A stretch of 64,000 nt of DNA from NCBI GenBank assembly GCA_963707915.1, contig OY970178.1, positions 3,232,001-3,296,000 of the forward strand, read 5' to 3'. The position numbers and the translations under genes are program-made. How positions within the stretch are numbered: the first letter of the stretch is position 1; the number at the start of each line of letters is the position of its first letter. Shown here one piece after another: positions 51,753 through 61,646 of this stretch. Under the pieces are notes generated by a model that worked only from the letters and a program-made list of their open reading frames with translations, was not told the DNA's origin and did not search any database. Origin of the DNA: Candidatus Eiseniibacteriota bacterium. GTDB taxonomy: Bacteria; Eisenbacteria; RBG-16-71-46.

Positions 51753-54700
51753 TCCGCAAGATCATCGACTTCTCGGCTAAGAACCGGGTCCTCGTCCTGC
51801 TGGGCGTCGGGGTGCTCTGCGCCTACGCCTTCTACATCCTGCACCAGATCCGGCTCGACGCGCTGCCCGACCTCTCCGACACCCAGGTCATCGTCTACTC
51901 GCGCTGGGACCGGTCCCCCGACATCATGGAGGATCAGGTCACCTATCCCATCGTCTCGGCGCTGCTGGGAGCGCCCCGCGTCAAGGCGGTCCGCGGCTTC
52001 TCGGACTTCGGCTATTCCTTCGTCTACGTGATCTTCCAGGACGGCACCGATCTCTACTGGGCGCGCTCGCGGGTGCTGGAATACCTGTCCAAGATCCAGT
52101 CCGACCTGCCCGACGACGTGCGCACCGAGCTGGGTCCCGACGCCACCGGCGTGGGCTGGGTCTTCCAGTACGCCTTGGTCGACCGCTCGGGCACGCACTC
52201 GCTCGATCAGCTCCGCTCGTACCAGGACTGGACGCTCCGCTACGCACTCCAGTCGGTGCCCGGAGTGGCCGAGGTGGCCTCGATCGGCGGCTACGTCAAG
52301 CAGTACCAGATCACGGTGGACCCCAACCGGCTCGCCGCGTACGACCTGTCCATCTCCACCGTGATCGATGCCGTCCGCAACTCCAACAACGAGGTCGGCG
52401 GCCGGCTCATCGAGTGGAGCGGCACGGAGTACATGGTCCGCGGCCGCGGCTACTCGAAGAGTCTCGAGGACTTCGGCAGCATCGTGGTGAAGACCGGCGC
52501 GGGCGGCGTGCCGGTGCTCCTGAAGGACGTGGCGCGGGTCGGCCTGGGCCCCGAGATCCGTCGCGGCGTGTCCGACCTCGACGGGAAGGGCGATGCGGTG
52601 GGCGGCATCGTGATCATGCGCCATGGTGAGAACGCCCTGAACGTGATCCAGCGCGTCAAGGAGAAGCTCGGCGACCTCGGGCCGTCCCTGCCCGCAGGGG
52701 TGGAGTTCGTCACCACCTACGACCGGGCGGATCTCATCACCCGGGCGATCGAGACGCTCAAGCACGAGCTGACCATCGAGATGATCATCGTCTCGCTGAT
52801 CATCCTGCTCTTCCTCTGGCACATCCCCTCGGCCGTCGTGCCGATCCTGACCATCCCGATCTCGGTGCTCCTGGCCTTCATCCCGCTCTTCTACTTCGGC
52901 GTCACCGTCAACATCATGTCGCTGGCCGGCATCGCCATCTCGATCGGCGTGCTGGTGGACGGGGCGATCGTCGAGGTGGAGAACGCCTACAACAAGCTCC
53001 ATCTCTGGGACGCGGGGGGCAGGAAGGGCGACTTCCACGCGGTCCGCCTCGAGGCGCTCAAGGAGGTGGGGCCCTCGGTCTTCTTCTCGCTGCTGGTCGT
53101 GGCGGTGGCGTTCCTGCCCATCTTCGCCCTGGTGGACCAGGAAGGCCGGCTGTTCAAGCCGCTGGCCTACTCCAAGAACCTGGCCATGGCGCTGGCGGCG
53201 TTCCTCGCCATCACGCTCGACCCGGCCATGCGGATGATGTTCACCCGCATGGACCCCTTCCGCTTCAAGCCCCGCTTCCTGGCGAAGCTCGCCAGCCACG
53301 CCCTGGTCGGCACCTACTACTCCGAGGAGAAGCACCCCATCAGCCGCGCCATCTTCAGGGTGTACGACCCGGCCTGCCGCTTCGTGCTGAAGCGGCCGAA
53401 GACGATCATCCTGGCGGCGGCCGCCATCGTGGCGTTGAGCATCCCGGCCTACTTCAAGCTGGGCTCGGAGTTCATGCCCCCGCTGAACGAGGGGACGATC
53501 CTCTACATGCCGACGACCCTGCCCGGCATCTCGGTGGCGGAGGCCCAGGCGCTCCTGCAGACCCAGGACCAGGTCCTCAAGTCGTTCCCCGAGGTCGAGC
53601 GGGTGTTCGGCAAGGCGGGGCGCGCCGAGACCTCCACCGATCCCGCGCCGTTCTCGATGATGGAGACCACGGTGATCCTCAAGCCGCCGCAGGAGTGGCG
53701 CGGCAAGAAGCGCTGGTACTCTTCGTGGGTGCCGGGCTTCCTCAAGCCGGTTCTCCGCCCGATCTGGCCCGACCGGATCTCGTGGGACGAGCTGGTCGCG
53801 GAGATGGACGCCAGGCTCAAGATCCCCGGCGTGACCAACGCGTGGACCATGCCGATCAAGGCCCGCACCGACATGCTGACGACCGGGGTCCGCACCCCGA
53901 TCGGGATCAAGATCTTCGGCTCGGATCTCAAGGAGATCGAGAAGCTGGGCGCCCAGCTCGAGGGCCTGATGCGGCAGGTGCCGGGCACCCGGAGCGTCTA
54001 CGCCGAGCGGGTGACCGGCGGCTACTTCCTCGACTTCGAACCCCGGCGGGACCAGCTCGCCCGCTACGGGCTCACCATCGCGGACGTCCAGACGGTGCTG
54101 ATGTCGGCCGTGGGCGGCGAGAACGTGACCACCACCATCGAGGGCCGTGAACGCTACCCGGTCAACGTGCGCTACCCCCGGGAGCTCCGCGACAACGTGG
54201 ACCGTCTGCGAAGGGTCCTGGTGAAGACCCCCGCGGGGCCGCAGGTGCCGCTGGCCCAGCTCGCCGACATCCAGCTGGTCACCGGGCCGGCGATGATCCG
54301 GGACGAGAACGGCTTCATGGCCGGCTACGTCTACGTCGACATGACCGGCGGGGACATCGGCGGCTACGTCGAGAAGGCCAAGAAGCTGGTGCGGGAGAAG
54401 CTGACCCTGCCGCCCGGCTACCGTGCTGCAATGGAGCGGCCAGTACGAGAACATGATCCGGGTGAGCCAGCGGCTCAAGGTCGTGGTGCCCATCACGCTG
54501 GTGCTGATCTTCGTGCTGCTGTTTGCCAACACCCGCTCGTGCGTTCAAGTCGATGGTGGTGATGCTGGCCGTGCCGTTCTCCGCCGTCGGCGCCATCTGG
54601 CTCTTCCACTTCCTGGGCTACAACGTGTCCATCGCGGCATGGGTGGGGATGATCGCGCTGCTGGGCCTGGACGCGGAGACCGGCGTCTTCATGCTGCTCT

Positions 54701-55005
54701 TCCTGGACCTCTCCTACGACGAGGCCCGCAAGAAGGGGCTGCTGCGGACGCTGGGAGAGTTGGACGAGGCCATCCTGCACGGAGCGGTCAAGCGGGCGCG
54801 ACCCAAGATGATGACGGTCTGCGCCGCCTTCATGGGCCTGCTCCCGATCATGTGGTCGACTTCGGCCGGCGCGGACGTCATGAAACGGATCGCCGCGCCG
54901 ATGATCGGCGGACTGGTCACCTCGTTCCTGCTGGAACTGCTGGTCTACCCGGCCATCTACAAGCTCTGGAAGCTGAAGACCGACCTGAAGGAGCTCGAAT
55001 CGTGA
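51749..55005 (+). CDS. cusA: CusA/CzcA heavy-metal RND transporter (two frameshifts at ~54421 and ~54540)
   Basis: LDALPDLSDTQVI, LGPDATGVGWV, GSEFMPPLNEG, PAPFSMMET, W.MPI..R.DML; tail WSGQYE and RPKMMT..MKRIAAPMIGG in successive +1 frames. Confidence 0.92.
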
Positions 55006-55070
55006 CCCCCGGCGCTCCGCCGGCCGCGCGGACACGCCCACTTCACCCAGGTGCCGCAGAGGAGATGAAG

Positions 55071-55409
55071 ATGAAGCTGAAGATGCTGGTGACGGTCGTG
55101 GTGGTGATGCTGGCGGTGGCGTTCGCGAGCGCCCTGGCGGGCAGCGAGCAACGCGTGAGGCTCTCGGTGACGAAGAACGGCTTCGAGCCTGCGGTGGTGA
55201 CGGTGCGGGCCGGGCAACCGGTGGTGCTGCTGGTCACCCGCAAGACCGACCGCACCTGCGCGACCGAGCTGGTGCTGAAGGCCTACGACATCAACGAGAA
55301 GCTGCCGCTCAACAAGACCGTGTCCATCCGCTTCACCCCCAGGCAGAGCGGGACGCTCCAGTACGCCTGCGGGATGGACATGTACAAGGGGAAGATCGTG
55401 GTGAAGTGA
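55071..55409 (+). CDS. Cupredoxin-domain (CupA-like) periplasmic copper protein
   Basis: Signal peptide, GFEP, CAT and CGMDM copper ligands; GAGGAG SD. Confidence 0.85.
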   Translation: MKLKMLVTVVVVMLAVAFASALAGSEQRVRLSVTKNGFEPAVVTVRAGQPVVLLVTRKTDRTCATELVLKAYDINEKLPLNKTVSIRFTPRQSGTLQYACGMDMYKGKIVVK

Positions 55410-55452
55410 CCCTGCCGCGGTCGTGGGCCGGGGCCCGGGCCCGAAAAGCCGC

Positions 55453-55482
55453 CACCCCGCTCGCCTCACGGTGAGCGGGGTG
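55453..55482 (+). terminator. Hairpin closing the copper operon
   Basis: CACCCCGCTCGCC-TCAC-GGTGAGCGGGGTG 13-bp stem; weak U tract. Confidence 0.5.
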
Positions 55483-55800
55483 AAATGTTCTGGGAGGGGC
55501 ATCTGGAGTCTCGGGGGCCGCACCCAAGGGTCTTCAGACACTCCCTCCCAAACCTGTGCGTTCTGATGCGCGGGGAGCGGGAAGGATTCAGGGGATCCCC
55601 GGGAGGGCCGGAGCCGTCGCGGCCCGGCGACTCCCGGTCCGCCGTCCGGGCTCGCGCGTCCGTCGGCGCTCGTGGTTCGGACGGGCCGCCGGTGGCCGAG
55701 CCCGCTGGCCCCGGCGCAGCGCCGGGAGTATCGTCGCGCCGTTGCCGGCTTGCCAGCGTGCGCTGGCCCGAGACGGACGCGTCATCCAAGGAAGGATCCC

Positions 55801-56838
55801 ATGAGCGTTCTGCGTCGCGATCCCACCACGAATCGCTGGGTGATCTTCGGGGACCCGCCACCCGCGGCCCGGGTCCCCGGAGACAGCTGTCCATTCTGCT
55901 CCGGGCACGAGTCCCGGACGCCTCCCGAGATCGTCGCCTGGGGCCCGCCGCAGCGCCAGCCGAACGCCCCGGGCTGGCAGGTCCGGGTGGTGCCCAACGC
56001 GCGCCCGCTGCTGCGCATCGAGAGCGCGCTCGAACGCCATGCCGACCTCATCTACGACACGACGTCGGGCACCGGCGCGCACGAGATCGTGATCGAGACG
56101 CCGGAGCACCGGCGCAGCCTCTCCGCGCTGCCGAGGGCCCAGGTCGCGCTGGTGCTGAAGGCCTGGGCGGAGCGCATCCGCGACCTCAAGAAGGATCCGC
56201 GGTTCCGCTCCATCTTCGTCTTCAAGAACCAGGGGATGCTGGCCGGGGCGTGGATGCCCGACCATGCGCACTCGCAGGTCATGGGCCTGCCGGTGACGCC
56301 CAAGGCGCTCAAGGAGATCCTCGACGTCGCGCGCGCGCACTACCGGGACAAGGAGCGCTGCGTCTTCTGCGACATCCTGCGGGAGGAGCTGGAGTACGGC
56401 CGGCGCCTGGTGAAGGTCACCGAGCACTTCGTCGCGCTGGCGCCCTACGCCTCGCGCTACCCCTACGAGTACTGGATCCTGCCGCGGGAGCACTCCGCGG
56501 ACTTCGAGGCCACCGGGCCCGCGCTGCTCGAGGACCTGGCCGGCGTACTGCAGGCGACGCTGGCGCGGCTCGAGGACATCCTGCCCGATCCGGCCTACAA
56601 CCTGTTCCTCTACAGCAGCCCGAACCGTGATGCGCGCAAGGGGTACTGGACCACGCTGGCCCAGGACTTCCACTGGCACATCGCGGTGATGCCGCGGCTG
56701 GTGCAGACGGCGGGCTTCGAAGTGGGCAGCGGCCTGTACGCGAACCCGGTGCTGCCCGAGGACGCGGCGCGCATGCTGCGCCCGGAGGTGCCCGGGGCGG
56801 TGGACGACGGGAGCCCGGTCGCTACGCCGGAGTCCTGA
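55801..56838 (+). CDS. galT: Galactose-1-phosphate uridylyltransferase (GalT/HIT) family protein
   Basis: LRRDP...WVI, CPFC.G.E..TPPE, VRVVPN, GAHEIVIETP.H, FKNQG..AGA..HAHSQ, CVFCD, FHWH, AGFE.GSG...NP. Confidence 0.88.
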   Translation: MSVLRRDPTTNRWVIFGDPPPAARVPGDSCPFCSGHESRTPPEIVAWGPPQRQPNAPGWQVRVVPNARPLLRIESALERHADLIYDTTSGTGAHEIVIETPEHRRSLSALPRAQVALVLKAWAERIRDLKKDPRFRSIFVFKNQGMLAGAWMPDHAHSQVMGLPVTPKALKEILDVARAHYRDKERCVFCDILREELEYGRRLVKVTEHFVALAPYASRYPYEYWILPREHSADFEATGPALLEDLAGVLQATLARLEDILPDPAYNLFLYSSPNRDARKGYWTTLAQDFHWHIAVMPRLVQTAGFEVGSGLYANPVLPEDAARMLRPEVPGAVDDGSPVATPES

Positions 56839-57010
56839 CGATCATCGGCCGGCCTGATCTCGCCGGATGGAGAGCAGGTGGACCCCGATCGGGGACCCAT
56901 CGAGCCGGGAGTCGCGCGGGCGAGCGTGTGTGCACTCAGCCGTCCACGCGGCTACCGGCTCGGCCGGTCCAGCCTGGCGCGGCGACTCCCCGGCTCCGGA
57001 GCGCCCGGGA

Positions 57011-57871
57011 CTACTCCAGGCCCAGATCCTCCATGTCGCCCTCGTCGAAGCCGAGCAGGTGCGCCAGCTCGTGCTGCACCGTGGTGCGCACCTCGGTCGC
57101 CAGCTCCTCGCGGTCCGCGCAGGAGCGGAGCAGGTTGCGACGGAAGAGGTAGATGGCCTCGGGGACGCCGGGCAGGTCGACGTGGCTGCGCTCGAGCAGG
57201 CTGCGTCCGACGAAGAGCCCGAGCAGGTCGGGCGGCAGGGGCGGATCCTCGGCGGTGAGGATCTCCCGCCAGGGCAGGTCCACGACCAGGACCGGCGTGT
57301 CGAGCGCCTCGGCGAAACTCCGGTGCATGTGTTCCGGCACCTCCGCCAGCTTCTCCTTGAAGAACCTCTCGACCAGCGCCTGGCTCTCCTCCACCAGCGC
57401 CTGGAAGTCCTCGTCCGTGATCTCGAAGGGCTGCGCGAAGGCCACCGGGTCGATGGCCCGGGCCTCGGCCGCGTGCTTCCGCGCGTGCTCCGGCTGGTCG
57501 AGGTACTCGTAGACGCGGGACAGCAGATCGTGCGCCTCGGCCAGGTCGGGGGTCACGGCCACGGCGCGCAGGGCGTCGTCGCGCGCCTGCTCGAAGCGCA
57601 CCAGTTCGAAACGGGCGACGGCGCGCAGGTAGAAGAGCAGCGCGGGGTCGGCCGAGCGCTCGGCTCCCAGCAGGGTCTCGAGCGCCCGGGCGGGCTCGCC
57701 TTCGTCGAGGTAGACGGCGGCCTCCACGATGCGGACGTCGGGATGCCCGGGGCGCGCCCGCAGGAGCGTGTCCAAGGTCGCACGGGCCTTCTCCACCTCG
57801 CCCTCGTCGAGCAGGTCCCAGATCCGGCTGACCTCGGCCCACTCGGTCTCTGACAGCGTGTCGTAGCTCAT
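57011..57871 (-). CDS. TPR + zincin-like metallopeptidase domain protein
   Basis: N-terminal TPRs; LLGLF.G, IYLFRRNL, TVQHELAHLLGFDE HExxH. Confidence 0.85.
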   Translation of the reverse strand: MSYDTLSETEWAEVSRIWDLLDEGEVEKARATLDTLLRARPGHPDVRIVEAAVYLDEGEPARALETLLGAERSADPALLFYLRAVARFELVRFEQARDDALRAVAVTPDLAEAHDLLSRVYEYLDQPEHARKHAAEARAIDPVAFAQPFEITDEDFQALVEESQALVERFFKEKLAEVPEHMHRSFAEALDTPVLVVDLPWREILTAEDPPLPPDLLGLFVGRSLLERSHVDLPGVPEAIYLFRRNLLRSCADREELATEVRTTVQHELAHLLGFDEGDMEDLGLE

Positions 57872-58063
57872 CGCAGGCGACCTCCGTCCCCGCAATCTAG
57901 CGCCCCGCGACCGGGTGCGCCACCCGCTCGCGCGCGCGTCCCGCGCGGTCCGCTCCGCGCCCGCGCGGGGTCGCGCCGATCGCCGTTCGCGCGCCGACGC
58001 GTCAACGGGATGTCAATCATTCCGGCCGCGGCACCGCGACCGGGCGGGAAACGGGCCATATCC

Positions 58064-58093
58064 TTGACGCCCGCGCGCGGCGAACCGTAGACT
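58064..58093 (+). promoter_or_regulatory. Putative sigma70 promoter for the selenoprotein gene
   Basis: TTGACG-18 bp-TAGACT about 70 nt upstream of ATG 58161. Confidence 0.5.
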
Positions 58094-58160
58094 CAAGTCG
58101 CATCTTCCGCACGCCGTTACCGTGCTTCGAACCATCCTCGTTCTCGGGAGAGCCTGTCGC

Positions 58161-59585
58161 ATGAAGACCCTGCTGTCGCGGTTCGTCGCCACCGCGTTCC
58201 TCGCGGCCGTCGCCTGGGTGCTGCTGGCCGGTGCCAGCGCTCCGCGGACGACCCCGCTCGAGCCGGACAAGCTCGTCATCCTCTCCACCAACGACGTCAA
58301 GGGCAAGACCGACCCCTGTGGCTGACACACCCCCAAGGGGGGACTCGCCCGGCGGGCGGGTTTTGTCGACAGCATCAAGGTGAGCTACGGCCAGGTCGTG
58401 CTGGTGGACGGCGGCGGCTTCTTTCCCGAGGACGACCTGCACCAGGACGTCGCCTGGTTCCTGATGGACGCGATGAAGGTGCTGGGTGTCGACGCGGTGG
58501 GGACGAGCGAGAGGGAGCTGCGCTTCGGGGCGAGCTTCCTGAAGGCGCAGATCAAGCGCACCCAGCTGCCGATGGTGTGCGCCAACCTCTACCTGTCGAA
58601 GACCTCGAAGCTGCTGCTGCCGCCCTACGTGCTCAAGCAGGTGGGCACGGTCAAGGTCGGCATCTTCGGGCTCATGAGCAACGCCCCCGGCCTGGACCTG
58701 GGCCCGGCCCGGGACTCGCTGCGCGTCGAGGAGCCCTCGGCCGCGGCCAAGCGCACGGTCGCGGAGTTGCGCAAGAAGGGCGCGACGGTGGTGGTGCTGC
58801 TTTCCCAGCTCGGCAAGGTCGAAGGCGAGGACCTGGTGACGGCGGTGGACGGCATCGACGCGGTGATCCTCGGTCACGGCACGCCGCTGCTCCAGAAGGG
58901 GCGCCTGATCAAGGCCACGGTGGCGTGCTACGGCGGCGAACAGGGCCAGTACATCGGGCGCACGCTGCTGACGCTCGATGCGAAGCGGAAGATGACCACC
59001 GGCGACAACGAGACCTTCATCCTGGGGCCCGAGATCGCGGAGAAGAAGGAGATCGCCGCGCTGGTGAAGGGGTTCAACGACAGCTTCAACGACAAGCTGC
59101 AGAAGCTGCAGAAGGAGAAGGCCGCGAGGGACGCCGAGAAGGCGGTGCAGGGTTCGCCCGAGCACTACCTCGGGGGCGAGATCTGCGCGCGCTGCCATCC
59201 GGCGGAGGCGGCGCAGTGGAAGACGACCAAGCACGCTCAGGCCTGGGAGACGCTGGTGGCGGCGAAGCAGGACACCGTCGCCAGCTGCATCGGCTGCCAC
59301 GCGGTCGGTTTCCGACAGGCCGGTGGGTTCAGGGACCCAGTGAGCACCGGGAACCTGAAGGGCGTCCAGTGCGAGAGCTGTCACGGCATGGGCTCCACGC
59401 ACGAAGCGTTCAGCGCGACGCCGCGCAGGGTCACCGAGCTGACCTGCCGGATCTGCCACACCAAGGAAGTGAGCCCGGGGTTCGACTTCGCCCTGTACCA
59501 GGCCCACGTGGACCACAAGGGCACGGGAACGAAGCAGCCTCTGCCCGGGTCTCCGATGAGGAAGTACCTGCCGACCGGCAAGTAG
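58161..59585 (+). CDS. Secreted UshA-like selenoprotein (CGU) fused to a tetraheme c-type cytochrome domain; TGA 58323-58325 read as Sec
   Basis: ORFs 58122..58325 and 58380..59585 share a frame; read-through gives STNDVKGKTDPCG-U-HTPKGGLARRAGFVD..VLVDGGGFF. CARCH, CIGCH, CESCH and CRICH heme motifs; 474 aa. Confidence 0.85.
58341..58363 (+). promoter_or_regulatory. Putative bacterial SECIS hairpin
   Basis: GGACTCGCCC-GGC-GGGCGGGTTT 10-bp stem (three G-U pairs) with a G-led apical loop starting 26 nt after the in-frame TGA. Confidence 0.65.
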
Positions 59586-59851
59586 CGCCGCAAGGCCTGA
59601 AGAACGTCGCGGAGCGGGTCTCCCGAGAGGCCCGCTCCGCAGCCGTTTCCAGCTCCGCCCTTCGGCCGGGAGGCTCCGCAAGGCCGCGCGCCCGGTGGTC
59701 CCACGCCGCTCCTGCGCGGTCTCGGTCCGCTCGATCGCGGAAGGAGAGCCCCGATTCCCGCCCCCCGGAACGGACTCAAGTGTCCAGCCAGGACCGTCGC
59801 CGGTCCCCGCGACCCCGGCAGGGACCCGGTCGTGGTTTGTAAGATGTTCGA

Positions 59852-59864
59852 TATCAACGAGTTG
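59852..59864 (+). promoter_or_regulatory. IHF-like binding site
   Basis: TATCAAcgagTTG is an exact match to WATCAAnnnnTTR in a locally AT-rich patch. Confidence 0.5.
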
Positions 59865-59897
59865 AATATGTCGGACAAGGTTCTGTCGCGAAGAAGG

Positions 59898-59926
59898 TTG
59901 ACAAGCCCGTGGCCTCGCTCTAGGTT
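59898..59926 (+). promoter_or_regulatory. Sigma70 promoter for the small lipoprotein
   Basis: TTGACA-17 bp-TAGGTT. Confidence 0.6.
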
Positions 59927-60133
59927 CTCGTGGACTTCTGCTAGGCGCACCTGCCCCGACATGGAAGTGCATCGCGCCTTCCGGACTGACGACACGCGAT
60001 TCACGCGCAGGGACGCCGCGGACTTCGAATCGTACTTTCGACGTGGCAGGTCCTGAGAAAGCGTTCTTGAGAAAATGATGGGCCGCTGCCGGACTTCTCA
60101 TGTTCCGGCGCGGCGAGACCGAGAGGAGGTGAA

Positions 60134-60325
60134 ATGGAAAGGATGCGGAAGAATCTCGCTCTGGCGATGGTCGCCCTCTTGGCGCTGACCCTCGCGCTCG
60201 CCGCGGTCGGTTGCGCTCAGAAGAAGGCCGAGGAAGTGACCCCGGCTCCGGTGGCTGACACCACCAGCATGGTTCAGGACACGACGACGATGGCGCCGGT
60301 CGACACGACGGCTGCCCAGCAGTAA
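60134..60325 (+). CDS. Small lipoprotein with DTT repeats
   Basis: Strong GGAGGT SD, lipobox AVG-C, mature tail KKAEEVTPAPVADTTSMVQDTTTMAPVDTTAAQQ. Confidence 0.8.
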   Translation: MERMRKNLALAMVALLALTLALAAVGCAQKKAEEVTPAPVADTTSMVQDTTTMAPVDTTAAQQ

Positions 60326-60352
60326 CCAGGATCGTCTCGCTGTTTGCCTGGC

Positions 60353-60392
60353 GGGAGGGGGGGGTAGCGATATCCTCCCCTCCCTGTAGTTT
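60353..60392 (+). terminator. Intrinsic terminator after the small lipoprotein
   Basis: GGGAGGGGGGGGTA-GCGA-TATCCTCCCCTCCC 14-bp stem with GNRA loop, then TGTAGTTT. Confidence 0.65.
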
Positions 60393-60566
60393 CCGGGGGA
60401 AACCCGGAGCCCGGGCTCCGATCCCTCGCCCGGCCCGCACCTCGGTCCGACGCCAACCCCTCCCGGGCGAGCCGGGAACTCCGCGACCTACCCCCATTTC
60501 GGCCGCTCCGGCGCAACCCGGCCGCGGTCCGTTGCGTAGACGTGGGCAGACGAGGAGGGTCCGTCC

Positions 60567-61646
60567 GTGAAAGCCCAACACCTGATGCTCGCCGTCGCCG
60601 CCCTGGCGCTCCTGCCAGGCACCCTGTTGGCCGACAGGACCACTGCCCTGCGAGAGCAGAGCCAGCAGGTGGTCGAGGCCCGGGGCCTCACCGGCCTGAG
60701 GGTCGAGAACCCCCGCGGCCTGGTCCAGGTGAGCCCGAGCCGGGACGGGCGCATCCACCTGACGGCGCTCAAGCTGGCGAGCAGCCGTGCGTCCGAGCGG
60801 GCCGAGGACTTCGCCCGCGGGACCCGCGTGGAGACCTCGACCGAGTCGGGCCGTTTCGTGGTGCGCGTTCGCTACCCGCAACGGCGGACGCTCCACGCCA
60901 GCCTCTCGCAGCTCTTCAAGGGTGAGTTCGACCTGCCCCGCATCGAGGTGCGGCTGTCCCTCGAGGTGCCGCCCAGCCTGCCGGTCGACCTGGAGACCTC
61001 CAGCGGCGACCTGGAGACCGGCGGCCTGACGGGGACGCAGTCGCTGCAGACCACGAGCGGCGACATCGAGGTGCACGCGGCGGCAGCGTTCGTCTCGATC
61101 ATCACCACCAGCGGGAACATCATGGCCTCCGGGCTGGGGCGGGCCACGGTCCACAGCGTGAGCGGCGACATCACCCTGGACGCCGCGCGCGGTCCGCTCG
61201 ACGTCCGCACGACCAGCGGGGACATCAGCCTGAGCGGCGTCACCGACAGCCTGCGCCTGTCCAGCGTGAGCGGGGACATCGGGTTGGACCGGGCGCCCCG
61301 CGGCCTGGACGCCGGCACCACCAGCGGACGCATCGTCGTGGACGGTCTCGCCGGCGGAGCGGTGCGCCTGCGCTCCACCTCGGGCGAGGTGAGCTTCGGT
61401 CTCGACCGCAACCTGCGCCGCGCCGACGTGAGCACGGTATCGGGCGGGATCACCGCCCGGCTGGCCGACGGGCTCGGCTGCGACCTGACGCTCAAGAGCA
61501 CGAGTGGCACGCTCGACAGTTCCGTGCCCCTGAAGATCCGCACCGTCTCCCGCAGCGAGATGTCGGGCACGGTGTCCGGCGGGGGCCCGCCGGTGATCCT
61601 GCACAGCCTGTCGGGCGACATCGCCGTGACCGGCAGAGGGAGATGA
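60567..61646 (+). CDS. DUF4097 family beta-strand repeat (adhesin-like) exported protein
   Basis: Signal peptide; many (T/S)(T/V)SGD(I/L) repeats; GAGGAGG SD. Confidence 0.88.
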   Translation: MKAQHLMLAVAALALLPGTLLADRTTALREQSQQVVEARGLTGLRVENPRGLVQVSPSRDGRIHLTALKLASSRASERAEDFARGTRVETSTESGRFVVRVRYPQRRTLHASLSQLFKGEFDLPRIEVRLSLEVPPSLPVDLETSSGDLETGGLTGTQSLQTTSGDIEVHAAAAFVSIITTSGNIMASGLGRATVHSVSGDITLDAARGPLDVRTTSGDISLSGVTDSLRLSSVSGDIGLDRAPRGLDAGTTSGRIVVDGLAGGAVRLRSTSGEVSFGLDRNLRRADVSTVSGGITARLADGLGCDLTLKSTSGTLDSSVPLKIRTVSRSEMSGTVSGGGPPVILHSLSGDIAVTGRGR

